64,000 nucleotides of DNA from positions 1,888,001 through 1,952,000 of the forward strand of contig OZ244653.1 of the NCBI GenBank assembly GCA_965218795.1. Reading direction: 5' to 3'. This stretch comes from a bacterium. Its GTDB lineage: Bacteria > UBA8248 > JACPRG01 > G963555815. A program made the translations under genes and the position numbers. The notes under the pieces were generated by a model. It ran no database searches, was not told the origin of the DNA, and saw only the letters and a program-made list of their open reading frames with translations. Shown piece after piece: positions 30,274 through 39,919 of the stretch (positions within the stretch are counted from its first letter, which is position 1; each line of letters opens with the position of its first letter).

Positions 30274-30318
30274 CTCATCACCTGAAAATCACAGGTTCAA
30301 ATGCTACCCCCGCAACCA
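30274..30318 (+). other. Degenerate 3' half of initiator tRNA-Met (att-site remnant), not a functional tRNA
   Basis: CTCATCACCTGAAAATCACAGGTTCAAATGCTACCCCCGCAACCA resembles CTCATAACCTGAAGGTC.CAGGTTCAAATCCTG.CCCCGCAACCA; adjacent to the integrase remnant. Confidence 0.75.
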
Positions 30319-30544
30319 AAGAAAACGCCTTCAACTCAATGGGTTGGCGGTGTTTCGTTTTGCGAGCCAGCTCCTATAAGACCGGACTGGCAAAACATTA
30401 GCGAACACTTTGAATCAAACTCCAGCGTACTCAAGAGTACGCCTGACATCGCTCCGGCCACGGGCCTGATGCAAACATCGAACGGCAACGAATAGTCCGG
30501 CATGATATGTTCGCCGACCGGTCTCGACGGTATCAAGCTCTTGT

Positions 30545-31228
30545 CTACTTATCGCTTTTCCTTCTTTCATCAATCTGATGAAAAAGAAGGCTTCCAAGCA
30601 TCAACAGGTGGCACGCTCGATCTGGGTTAATCTCTGTATTTGCATGGGCATTCGGATTGCGAATCGCCTGCATCGCGCCCGCAAAGATGTGAGAATAGCC
30701 CTCTTGAATGTTCCGACCAGACTCTGTTGCGAGGTCGCCCAAAAGGATTACTGGGTCATCACACCGCAACGCCTTCCTCATAAGGTCCCGGCCGTCGAGT
30801 TCTGTCCCCTTTTCCGCTCGATATAGCTCTTTCACGTTGCTGTTCAGCTCTTTGAACGTAGCTTCCACGGCGTCTGCGTAGTGGCCTGCTTCAAACCGAG
30901 GCTTTGCCAGCTTGGCGACCGTGGAATGCATCAGGGACCAATATCCGGAGTCCTCAATTTTCTGATGCTCCGCTAGCGTCCACGGATAAGGCTTGCCGCA
31001 ACTGCCACAAAACGCCGGTCTCTTTGGGAACTGCCACGGCTTCCCATCAAACTTCGATTTCCAGGTAACAAAAGCATTTCCAAGTTGGACGTTACACGAG
31101 GGACAGTCGGACAGATAAGGTTCCCCGCATTTCCAGCAAAAAGTGTCATGCTCACTAGAAGAACCTTCTTCCCAATACAGCATGTGACCGTTTGGGCACC
31201 GCTCAAAGAAGTATCTAGTATTCGTCAT
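30545..31228 (-). CDS. Zn-ribbon (DUF2321-like) + TIGR02391/Ymh HEPN-like protein
   Basis: CPNGH, CWKC, CPSC, FCGSCGKPYPW; then GHYADAVEATFK, ELDGRDLM, GAMQAIRNPNAH. Confidence 0.8.
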   Translation of the reverse strand: MTNTRYFFERCPNGHMLYWEEGSSSEHDTFCWKCGEPYLSDCPSCNVQLGNAFVTWKSKFDGKPWQFPKRPAFCGSCGKPYPWTLAEHQKIEDSGYWSLMHSTVAKLAKPRFEAGHYADAVEATFKELNSNVKELYRAEKGTELDGRDLMRKALRCDDPVILLGDLATESGRNIQEGYSHIFAGAMQAIRNPNAHANTEINPDRACHLLMLGSLLFHQIDERRKSDK

Positions 31229-31405
31229 CAATCAATCCCTTCCGGGTTCTTCACGGCGACTACATGGTTACATTGTGCCTCAGAGCTTCCGAAAACATCT
31301 CAAACGACACAAAATCTATATGCTGGAGTCGAGGCTACCTGACGAATCCGGCGGCCAGCCAGCAGAACGGCGGCGGCAAAGGAAACCTCCAGGGCCCGGT
31401 GCGGG

Positions 31406-33031
31406 TCAGGCGGCAAGGGTCTCGTGCAGGAGGGCGTCGAGCAGGAGGTGGCGGGTTTGGTCGCGGGTGGCGAGGCTGGCTTCCAGGCGGTCGCACAGGG
31501 CCATCAGTTTATCGACCCTGGCGACAATGCGATGCTGTTCGGCAAGGGGTGGAATGGGAATGACCGTTTCGTTGATTTGTTTAGCACTAAGATTCGGGAT
31601 TGCCGTTCCAAAAGATATTTCTAGGTTTTTAGCGACAATCGTTTCGAAGAAAATTCTCACAAAACTAACATCAATAAGAAATGTCTCGATTCGTCCAACA
31701 CGCTGGTTGAGAAGCAGTCTCTCGCCGGTCCTATTAAACGCAACCTTGCCGGTGGTTGCGCCTGACATGGCGATAAGAAGCGCATCAACGGGAATCCATG
31801 TCTCCTGTTCGACAGACTCTGCAATTTTCTCAGAAACGCAAACGGCATTCGATAAATCGACCTCCCCTGCATGCAGATCACCGATACGGATAACAGGTAT
31901 GCCATGCGATTGAAAATCTGCACTTTTAAAGGCAAACCCATTCGAGAGTTTAATAATTTCTCCTAAATAGGCTAATCGCCAACCGGTCGGAATCTCAAGA
32001 TTGGTACGCGCCGTAAGTGAAGATAAAGATTTTTTAACTCGGAGTTTTCCCGCCTTCACCAGCCGCGCTTTCTCCGCCGCGATCCACTTCAACAGTTCCG
32101 AGGCCGGCTCGTCGTTCGGGTCCTGCGGTACGAGCTTGCCGCGGACGGCGAGGTTGAGGATGGTCCGGCGCAGTTGCTTGATCTGATCGGGGCGCGCGGT
32201 GAGGGCCGGGAGCGCATCCAGGGCGAAGCGGGCGTGGTCCTGAAAGGTTTCGGGATCAGGCGCGTCCAGGCGGGCGAGGCTGGCCGCGGCCAGTCGGTCG
32301 CGCGTGACCTCCCGGTCGGCCCGGGCCGTTTCCAGGCGGTCGCACAGGGCCATCAGCTCGTCGACCTTGGCGACAATGCGGTGCTGTTCGGCGAGGGGCG
32401 GAAGGGGGATGAAGGATGCCTTCAACAGTTTGAAGTGGCGTCCATACCCTCGGCTTTCCAACGGAAGCCATTGGAGGGCCAGAAAATAATATGGTGTGTG
32501 AAGAGAAACGGGCTGTAACAGCTTGACCCCATCCGCTCCCACAACAAAATCGAAGTCTATTAGTTTCATTTCACGAGTATGATCTCCGAAAAGCACAATA
32601 GGCTCTTTGACACGGATTACTTTGTTGGCGTCGTTGTAATATCCGCGTATCAGCACCTTACCCTGATCCACCACCGGAAATTCTCCAGTCTTAACAATAT
32701 CCTTTGTCTGAACTTTTTTCCCTTTATCCGAGACGATGTAGCTGGGGTACGTCGAGGGACACCAATCCCATGAATCAGGCAAGTTAAAAGATATTTCACT
32801 TGGGTCAGGTGGTTTAAAGGGAACCTGCTTGCTTATCTTCTTTTCCTTCACCAGCCGCGCCTTCTCCACCGTGATCCGCTTCAACAGCTCCGACGCCGGT
32901 TCGTCGTTCGGGTCCTGCTCCACGAGCCTGCCGCGCACGGCCAAGTCGAGGATGAGCCGCCGCAAGCGGGGGACCGCGTCGGGCGCGTCGGCGATCCGGT
33001 CGTAATGGGCCAGCAGGCGGTCGGCGTTCAT
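31406..33031 (-). CDS. hsdS: Type I RM specificity subunit
   Basis: ATG 33031 overlapping hsdM stop; two LAVRGxLV.QDPNDEPASELL and two PPLAEQHRIV repeats around AT-rich TRDs. Confidence 0.92.
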   Translation of the reverse strand: MNADRLLAHYDRIADAPDAVPRLRRLILDLAVRGRLVEQDPNDEPASELLKRITVEKARLVKEKKISKQVPFKPPDPSEISFNLPDSWDWCPSTYPSYIVSDKGKKVQTKDIVKTGEFPVVDQGKVLIRGYYNDANKVIRVKEPIVLFGDHTREMKLIDFDFVVGADGVKLLQPVSLHTPYYFLALQWLPLESRGYGRHFKLLKASFIPLPPLAEQHRIVAKVDELMALCDRLETARADREVTRDRLAAASLARLDAPDPETFQDHARFALDALPALTARPDQIKQLRRTILNLAVRGKLVPQDPNDEPASELLKWIAAEKARLVKAGKLRVKKSLSSLTARTNLEIPTGWRLAYLGEIIKLSNGFAFKSADFQSHGIPVIRIGDLHAGEVDLSNAVCVSEKIAESVEQETWIPVDALLIAMSGATTGKVAFNRTGERLLLNQRVGRIETFLIDVSFVRIFFETIVAKNLEISFGTAIPNLSAKQINETVIPIPPLAEQHRIVARVDKLMALCDRLEASLATRDQTRHLLLDALLHETLAA

Positions 33032-34485
33032 CGCGTCAGGGCCTCGGCCAGGATCGCTTTCAGCCGATCCCGCAAGTCCGCTGCATCGGCCTCGGCGGTG
33101 TTCAGTTTCGCCAAAAGCTCCTCCGGATCGCCGTAATCGTCTTCCTGCGTGCGCGGGTTCTTGAAGTCGAGGTTGTAGCCGCGCGCCTTCACTTCCTCCT
33201 CCGTCACCTTCCAGGCCCGCTCGGTCTCCTCGCGGCCCTCGCGCTTGGGCCCGCCCCACCAGTCGATGCAGCCCTGCAAATGCTTGAAGCAGATGGGCCT
33301 GGTCATGGAATAAGCCTTCTGGCCCTCGGGCACCCGGTGCTCGTAGAACCAGATGTCCTTGGTGGGCTCGCCCTTGTCGAAGAACAGCAAATTGGTGCCG
33401 ATGGAGGCGTAGGGCCTGAACACGGAGTTGGGCAAACGGACGATGGTGTGGAGGTCGCACTCCGCCATCAGGTGCTCCTTGAGGCGGGTCTTGACGCCCT
33501 CGCCGAACAGGGAGCCGTCGGGCAGGACCACGGCGGCGCGGCCGCCCGGCTTCAGCAAACGGATGATGAGGGCGAGGAACAGATCCGCCGTCTCCCGCGT
33601 GCGGAAATGCTGCGGGAAGTTGGACTCGATGCCGTCCTCCTCCCTGCCGCCGAAGGGCGGATTGGTGAGCACGATGTCCACCCGGTCCTTCCGTTCCCAG
33701 CCGATGTAGGGCCGCGCCAGGGTGTTGTCGTGGCGCACGAAGCCCGGGTCCTCGACGCCGTGCAGCAGCATGTTGGTGACGCAGAGCATGTGGGGGAGCT
33801 GCTTTTTCTCCACGGCGCGCAGGGCCGCCTGCATGGTCTGCTCGTCCTCGGGCCGCTTGACGTAGCGCTCGCGCATGTGGCGGAGCGCGCAGGCCAGGAA
33901 GCCGCCGGTGCCGCAGGCGGGGTCGAGCAGGGTCTCGCCGGGGCGCGGATCGACGCGGTCGGCCATGAAGGCGGTGACGGCGCGGGGCGTGTAGTACTCG
34001 CCTGCGTTGCCGGCGGACTGCAGGTCGTTCAGGATCTGCTCGTAGATGTCGCCGAAGTGCTGGCGCTCGGTCAGATCGTTGAAATCGACCTCGCTGATCC
34101 TGTTGACCACCTGGCGCATCAACTGGCCGGATTTCATGTAGTTGTTGGCGTCCTCGAACACGTCGCGCACCACGCGGCGGCGGTCTCCCGGCCGGCCCGT
34201 GGGTTGCAGGTTCTTGAGAGCCGGAAACAGGCCGTCGTCGATGAAGGCGAGCAGCTCCTCGCCGGTGAGGCCCTCGGGGTCCGCGGCCCATGCGCGCCAT
34301 TGGTAAGGCTCGGGGACCGGCGAGGCGTAGCCCTCCCGGGTCAGCTCCAGCTCCAGGTCCTGATCGTCGATGATCTTGAGAAAGAACATCCAGCACAACT
34401 GGCCGATGCGCTGGGCGTCGCCGTCCACGCCGGCGTCCTGGCGCATGATGTCCTGGATGGACTTGACGAGGGTGCGGACGGACAC
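33028..34485 (-). CDS. hsdM: Type I RM methyltransferase subunit
   Basis: GEYYTPR, DPACGTGGF, TNPPF. Confidence 0.95.
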   Translation of the reverse strand: MSVRTLVKSIQDIMRQDAGVDGDAQRIGQLCWMFFLKIIDDQDLELELTREGYASPVPEPYQWRAWAADPEGLTGEELLAFIDDGLFPALKNLQPTGRPGDRRRVVRDVFEDANNYMKSGQLMRQVVNRISEVDFNDLTERQHFGDIYEQILNDLQSAGNAGEYYTPRAVTAFMADRVDPRPGETLLDPACGTGGFLACALRHMRERYVKRPEDEQTMQAALRAVEKKQLPHMLCVTNMLLHGVEDPGFVRHDNTLARPYIGWERKDRVDIVLTNPPFGGREEDGIESNFPQHFRTRETADLFLALIIRLLKPGGRAAVVLPDGSLFGEGVKTRLKEHLMAECDLHTIVRLPNSVFRPYASIGTNLLFFDKGEPTKDIWFYEHRVPEGQKAYSMTRPICFKHLQGCIDWWGGPKREGREETERAWKVTEEEVKARGYNLDFKNPRTQEDDYGDPEELLAKLNTAEADAADLRDRLKAILAEALTR

Positions 34486-34488
34486 GGG

Positions 34489-36912
34489 CTAAGCGGTCTC
34501 CTGATAGAGGGCGGATTGAAGGCCGCGGGCGGCCTCGACGAAACCGTCCTTTCCGCCAAAGGCGTTGATCAACTGAACGGGCGTGCCGAGCTCGGTGAAG
34601 GGAAGAATGGTCAGGACCCTGGGATCGTCCAGATTGAGGACGCCCTCGTCCGCGTATTTGGCGAGCAGGGCGTCGAGCACGGCGCGGGCCTGGTCCCCGT
34701 ATTTGGCGAACACGTCGCGCTTCCTGACGTTATCGGCCCGCTCGCGCCGGGTGAGCGGCCTGGCGTCGAAGGCCACGTGGCAGATGAGGTCGAAGGGGTC
34801 GAGGTCCTTGGCCAATTCAGCGGCGACGAGATCGAGCGGCAGGCCCTCGGCCGCCAGCTCCTCGATGATCGCCTGCTTGCGCTCGGCGGCCTTCCAGCGC
34901 CTGAGGAAGTCGTCGAGGCCGGCGAAGCGCTTTTTCAGCGTTCTCTTGGTGAAGTCGCGCAGGGACTCGGTGACGAGCTTGCCGTTCTCGTCCAGATACT
35001 CGATCCGATCGGCGATGATCTCCGCGCTGACGCCGTCCACGTAGATTTTCTTCCTCCCGCCGTCTTGAGGGGGCGGAGCGGGATCGGTCGGGTCGTCGAG
35101 GATGGTCTCATCCTCTTCCGGCTCCGGCTGTTCGGAATCTTCGGGCGGGGTCATGGTGTCGTCCTCGCCGGGCTCGTAGATCTGCACCGGCTCGCCGTCG
35201 AACTCCGGATCCGCGAAATGGCGGGTTGCGCCGCGAAAGTCCATCAGCGTGAAATAGAATTTTCGGGTGTCCTCGTGGACGCGGGTGCCGCGTCCGACAA
35301 TCTGCTTGAACTCGGTCATGGAGCCCACCTCGCGGTCGAGGACGATGAGACGGCAGGTCTGAACGTCAACGCCGGTGGAGAGCAGCCGCGACGTGGTGAC
35401 CAGCACCGGGTATCTGGATTCCGGGTCGATGAAGTTGCCGAGCTCCGCCTGCCCGTCGGGATCGCCGCCGGTGATGCGCATGACGTAGCGGTGGTTACCG
35501 TCCACGAGGTCGGCGTTCTCGTTGATGAGGGCCTGGCGCATGCGGGCGGCGTGCTCCCGATCCACGCAGAAAACGATGGTCTTCTGAAAGGGATCGCCGC
35601 TTTCGGTCAGGAACCGGGTGACCTTGCGGGCGACGATCTTGGTCCGTTCGTCGAGCACGAGGTTGAGGTCGAAATCCCTGGTGTTGTAGATGCGGTCCTC
35701 GACCTCGATGCCGTCGCGATCCAACTGCCCTTTCTCGGGGCGGTAGCCTTCCACGTCGCGGTCGATGTGGACCCTGACGACCTTGTAGGGGGCGAGGAAG
35801 CCGTCCTGGATCCCCTGCTTGAGGGAGTAGGAGTAAACGGGCGAGCCGAAGTAATGGATGTTGGAGGCGTAGCTCGTCTCCCTGGGCGTGGCCGTGAGGC
35901 CGATCTGCGTGGCGGAGGAGAAGTAGTCCAGAATCTCGCGCCAGGCTGAATCATCGGCGGCGCTGCCGCGATGGCACTCGTCGATCACGATGAGATCGAA
36001 GAAACCGGGCGAAAACTCGCGAAAAACCTTCTGGTGCTCCTCCGGCCCGGTGATCGCCTGATAGAGGCCGAGATAGACTTCGTAGGCGGTGTCGATGCGG
36101 CGCTGCTTGCCCATAGCCGCGGCGAGGTCTTCCGAGGAGCCGTCCGCGCGCTCGATGGTCTTGGCTCTTGTCGAGAGCTTGGCCATCGCCGCCCCAAAAG
36201 GCCGGAAGTCGTTGACCATGGTCTGATCGACCAGGACGTTGCGATCCGCGAGGAACAGGATGCGCTTCTTGCGGCCCGCCTTCCACAGCCGCCAGATGAT
36301 CTGAAAGGCGGTGTAGGTCTTGCCCGTTCCCGTGGCCATGACGAGCAGGATGCGGTCGCGGCCCTTGGCGATGGCCTCGATGGCGGCGTTGACGGCATTG
36401 GCCTGGTAGTAGCGCGGGGCTTTGCCGCCGCCGTCGTGGTGATAATCCTGGAGGACGACGGCCTCGGCTTCGGGCGTCAGGCCCTTCCATGCGCGATAGC
36501 GCGCCCACAGGTCGCCCGGCGGCGGGAAGGAGTCGTTATCGAGGGTGGTCTCCTTCTCGGGGCCCGCGCCCGTGCGGTCGTGGAAGACGAAGCCGTCGCC
36601 GTTGGAGGAAAACACGAAGGGGATGTTGAGGGCCTCGGCGTAGCCCAGTCCCTGCTGTATGCCGCCGCCCATGGCGTGTGTGTTGTCCTTGGCTTCGATG
36701 AGGGCGATGGGGATGTTGGGCTTGTAATGGAGGATGTAGTCGGCCCGCTTGCCCTTTCCGCGGCTGACCAGCCTGCCGCGCACGGTGATGCGGCCCTTGG
36801 TGAAGCTCACCTCTTCGCGGATTTGCGTCATCTCGTCCCACCCGGCCTTGCGCAGGGCGGGCGTGATGAACTTGGTGCAGATGTCGCTTTCGGTGAGGCT
36901 TTTCTTGTCCAT
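34489..36912 (-). CDS. hsdR: Type I RM restriction subunit, EcoAI/EcoEI (type IB)-like
   Basis: ATG 36912 MDKKSLTESDICTKFITP; IEAK, MATGTGKT, DECH, TAT, QIVGRGTR. Confidence 0.95.
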   Translation of the reverse strand: MDKKSLTESDICTKFITPALRKAGWDEMTQIREEVSFTKGRITVRGRLVSRGKGKRADYILHYKPNIPIALIEAKDNTHAMGGGIQQGLGYAEALNIPFVFSSNGDGFVFHDRTGAGPEKETTLDNDSFPPPGDLWARYRAWKGLTPEAEAVVLQDYHHDGGGKAPRYYQANAVNAAIEAIAKGRDRILLVMATGTGKTYTAFQIIWRLWKAGRKKRILFLADRNVLVDQTMVNDFRPFGAAMAKLSTRAKTIERADGSSEDLAAAMGKQRRIDTAYEVYLGLYQAITGPEEHQKVFREFSPGFFDLIVIDECHRGSAADDSAWREILDYFSSATQIGLTATPRETSYASNIHYFGSPVYSYSLKQGIQDGFLAPYKVVRVHIDRDVEGYRPEKGQLDRDGIEVEDRIYNTRDFDLNLVLDERTKIVARKVTRFLTESGDPFQKTIVFCVDREHAARMRQALINENADLVDGNHRYVMRITGGDPDGQAELGNFIDPESRYPVLVTTSRLLSTGVDVQTCRLIVLDREVGSMTEFKQIVGRGTRVHEDTRKFYFTLMDFRGATRHFADPEFDGEPVQIYEPGEDDTMTPPEDSEQPEPEEDETILDDPTDPAPPPQDGGRKKIYVDGVSAEIIADRIEYLDENGKLVTESLRDFTKRTLKKRFAGLDDFLRRWKAAERKQAIIEELAAEGLPLDLVAAELAKDLDPFDLICHVAFDARPLTRRERADNVRKRDVFAKYGDQARAVLDALLAKYADEGVLNLDDPRVLTILPFTELGTPVQLINAFGGKDGFVEAARGLQSALYQETA

Positions 36913-37153
36913 GCGGTGAATCTCCCGCCCGTCGGTCGTTCGTGCGATGGTGGAGCATGCGGGGTGGATCGTCAAGCACTTTGGAATCATCAACCCGCAC
37001 GAAGGGGGGACAGATTTATTTTTCCAGGATGAGACGAAGGGCGGGACGGGAAACGCGGGATCCTGGGGCCACCCTGCTGAATGAATGACTTTCGGATTGG
37101 TGTGCCCCCTGCTGAAACCATGCAGGGACAGGCTCTGGGTCATTCCCGCCCTT

Positions 37154-37812
37154 GGTGGACCCCTTCAGACTGTGCGCAGGAGGAGTTCAGATGGCAAAGA
37201 CCATCTGCCCTACGCGCCGGAATACCGGCGCCAGATGGTCGAGTTGGTCCGCTCGGGCCGGACGCCCGGGGAGCTGGCTTCGAGAATACGAGGGCTCCAC
37301 TTCGGCAATTCGCAACTGGGTGCGTCAGGCCGACCGGGACGGGGACCGTCGTGAGGATGGTCTGACGGCAGCAGAGCTTGAGGAGCTACGACGGCTTCGC
37401 CGGGAGAACCGTCAGCTTCGCGAGGAGCGTGAGATATTAAAAAGAATCCACGGCTTGGTTACGCACGGGAGACCGGTTGGGTGCCGGGTGCTGGGCGTCT
37501 CCTCCAGCGGGTACTACGCGTGGCGTGGCGGTGGGCGTTCTCTTCGTGCGAAGCGCGACGAGGAGCTACGCGGTGTGATTCGGGCCCTCCACGAGGCGTC
37601 TCGGGGCACTTACGGGGGGCACCTCGGGTCCAGGCCGAGTTGGCGGCTCAGGGATGCCGGGTGAGTCGCAAGCGGGTGGCTCGTCTGATGCGCGAGGTGG
37701 GCTTGGGGAGGTGAGCCGGCGCCGAGGCACACACACCGGGCGTGTAGACCCGGGCCATCGTGTTCGATGGGTTCAGCCGCCGGGTGGTGAGATGGACGAT
37801 GGCCCATCCTCT
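37154..37812 (+). mobile_element. Degraded third copy of the 21569 IS3
   Basis: Shares GTGGAC.CCTTCAGACTGTGCG and PYAPEYRRQMVELVRSG; many indels. Confidence 0.8.
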
Positions 37813-37819
37813 TCTCCAC

Positions 37820-38298
37820 TCGGCTACAAGCCCCTGGTCGGCGCCCAGATGCGCTACGCCGTCCACGACCGCGACGGCCGGCCGGTCGCCATGCTCGGCT
37901 TCAGCTCCGCCGCGTGGAAGCTGGCCCCTCGAGACCGCTTCATCGGTTGGACGCCGCAACTGCGCGAGAAGAACCTCCCCCTCGTGGTCGACAACCCGAG
38001 GTTCCTCATCCTGCCCTGGAGCAAGATCCCCAACCTGGGCTCGCACATCCTCGCCATCGTCCGCCGGCGCCTGCCCGAGGACTGGACCGGGCGCTACAAC
38101 ACCACCCCCGTGCTCATCGAGACCTTCGTCCAGACCCCGCGCTACACCGGCGCCGTCTACAGGGCATCGGGCTGGATCCATGTCGGAACCACCCAGGGAC
38201 GCGGACGCTACGACAGGGACAGACACTACGACAAGCCGAAGAAGGACATCTGGCCGCGACCGCTGCGGAGAAACTGGAAGCAAATCCTCAATCGCTGA
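37820..38298 (+). pseudogene. DUF4338 (Druantia DruA-like) domain gene, 5'-truncated
   Basis: LGYKPLVGAQMRY, AAWKLAPRDRFIGW, NPRFLILPW, LIETFV, GAVYRASGW..VGTTQGRG. Confidence 0.82.
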
Positions 38299-38340
38299 AA
38301 CGACCGCCATCACCCCACGGTTGAATGGTTACCGACAGGG

Positions 38341-38575
38341 GTAACCGTTCAGTCGTGGGGTGATAGAGCGGACTCCAGCATCGTCTGGGTCTAGCTTGAC
38401 GGCGGGTGCACGGACATGATGACCAGGTTGAGAATTTTGGCCGTGTACCGCAACCGCTTGATTCTCCTGCCGCCTTCTAATTGCGAAAGCACTGGGTCGG
38501 GGCGACCACGTTCGGACAAGACAACGGACCGCTGCTGGCCCCGCCGCCATCATCACCCCACGAGCGAACGGTTAT
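38341..38575. mobile_element. 235-bp MITE with IS66-like ends
   Basis: 24-bp IRs GTAACCGTTCAGTCGTGGGGTGAT / ATCACCCCACGAGCGAACGGTTAT; 8-bp duplication CGACAGGG at 38333 and 38576. Confidence 0.85.
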
Positions 38576-38825
38576 CGACAGGGACTCGCCGAGATGCGCA
38601 GGAGTTTTAACGAATCCGCTTTCATTTTGATGACGGACTGCAGAAGGCAGGTTCCGAATGAGATTGGGAATCATGTATATTCCCAATAATATCAATAGGA
38701 TATTAGGTTTCACAGTCGACGAAAATAGATCGATATATCTATCCGAACAAACGATATCTTGCCAAAGGGGAAACGAGAACCCCCGGATGACAGAGGGAAG
38801 GAGCCGTGACATCGGCAGAGAAGAT

Positions 38826-38934
38826 GGATTCCCGCCGCAGTCTGTCCTCGAACGTCATAGTCGAGGGCAGGAATGACCGGGTTGGAGGTCACGTGTGGCC
38901 CGTGCTCGTCATTCCTGCGCAAGCAGGAATCCAG
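38826..38934. repeat. REP-like hairpins
   Basis: GGATTCCCGCC...GGCAGGAATGAC and GTCATTCCTGCGCAAGCAGGAATCCA, same family as 16953-16978. Confidence 0.65.
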
Positions 38935-39067
38935 GCACTGCGAGAGAAGGACCTGGGCAGCCCCTGAAGCTCTACGACACCGAACGACTTCATCAGGGCT
39001 ATCGCAATATGGGGAGGCGACCCACCGTCACGGTCAGGAAGTTTATCCAATCTGTCAGGAAAGATGC

Positions 39068-39349
39068 CTAGTCATACACTTTACGACTTACCTCATCAAT
39101 TCTCGCCTTTTGATAAACAACGTAGCTGTCCCTTTTTACAAATGGGTGCTCTCCGGGTTCTAGAATGCAGGCAGAATCGTGATAGAGATCGTCGTGAATG
39201 CTTGAAAGACTTACAAGTAACACTTTTCTGATTCCATCATCAAAATTGCACAATGGGTCTGTAAGAACAACAAACAAATGCATCCGATCAGGGTCATGAT
39301 CAGGCCCAGAGCGCATAAGTAGAGTAGCTCGTTTGAATGGGAGAAACAA
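39068..39349 (-). CDS. Putative toxin partner of Panacea (MazF/PemK-like), possibly truncated
   Basis: HLFVVLT...VLLVSLSS...CILEPGEHPFVKRDSYV; directly after the antitoxin; same AT-rich block. Confidence 0.5.
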   Translation of the reverse strand: MFLPFKRATLLMRSGPDHDPDRMHLFVVLTDPLCNFDDGIRKVLLVSLSSIHDDLYHDSACILEPGEHPFVKRDSYVVYQKARIDEVSRKVYD

Positions 39350-39364
39350 TGTGAATTCCCAAGC

Positions 39365-39919
39365 CTAAAGAGATTCGAAAGCGGTGTCTACATCTTGGTG
39401 TTCATCAATTCTTTTTGATAATTCACGAGCTTTATCTTCTTCATATCCAAGAGCTAAAAAGATGCTTTTGTATGATGTTGGCTTTGATGTTCCGTATGGA
39501 TTTTTCCATTCTTTAAGGGTGTGTGTGTAATTTCGAAGTTGCCACTTGTCAAAATCACCAAATTCTTTCCAGGTATGTTCAAGAATCTCCATATCAGCTT
39601 CACTAAGCTCATCAAAATCATCAGCACATGTCTGTACTTTGAGTTTGGTATCATACCCCTCACGGGGCGATATCCATGAATCCCAACCGTCCTCAACAGA
39701 TTCAATAGACGTACCATTAGCTAGATTAAGTGTATTTGACAATACCAATCCGTGATCCATTGAAACTACGAAATCGCCTGTCATTGGCATACCATAACGA
39801 TTAAGAGACTCTCGCTCAGAGAGATATAAAAGCTTCATTAGTTTGAGTATCGCCATTTCTCCACCTTGGCGTTGGAGAAAATATGCAGCCATTTGCGCTA
39901 CTTTTCGTTCATCAAACAT
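39365..39919 (-). CDS. Panacea/SocA (DUF4065) antitoxin
   Basis: LKLMKLLYLSER, MTGD..VSMDHGLV, LRNYTH...EW. Confidence 0.85.
   Translation of the reverse strand: MFDERKVAQMAAYFLQRQGGEMAILKLMKLLYLSERESLNRYGMPMTGDFVVSMDHGLVLSNTLNLANGTSIESVEDGWDSWISPREGYDTKLKVQTCADDFDELSEADMEILEHTWKEFGDFDKWQLRNYTHTLKEWKNPYGTSKPTSYKSIFLALGYEEDKARELSKRIDEHQDVDTAFESL

Noticed and set aside
30274-30318. Functional tRNA-Met
   Set aside because: No 5' half; anticodon and T arms are mutated
33032-34396. Apparent 996-aa hsdS
   Set aside because: The upstream part is an alternative frame over hsdM; real start is ATG 33031
33280-35949. 889-aa plus-strand ORF and other long antisense ORFs (e.g. 14496-15842, 49170-50675)
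   Set aside because: Shadow frames of high-GC genes with no motifs
37820-38298. Druantia defence system
   Set aside because: Only a truncated DUF4338 domain; no DruE helicase or other dru genes
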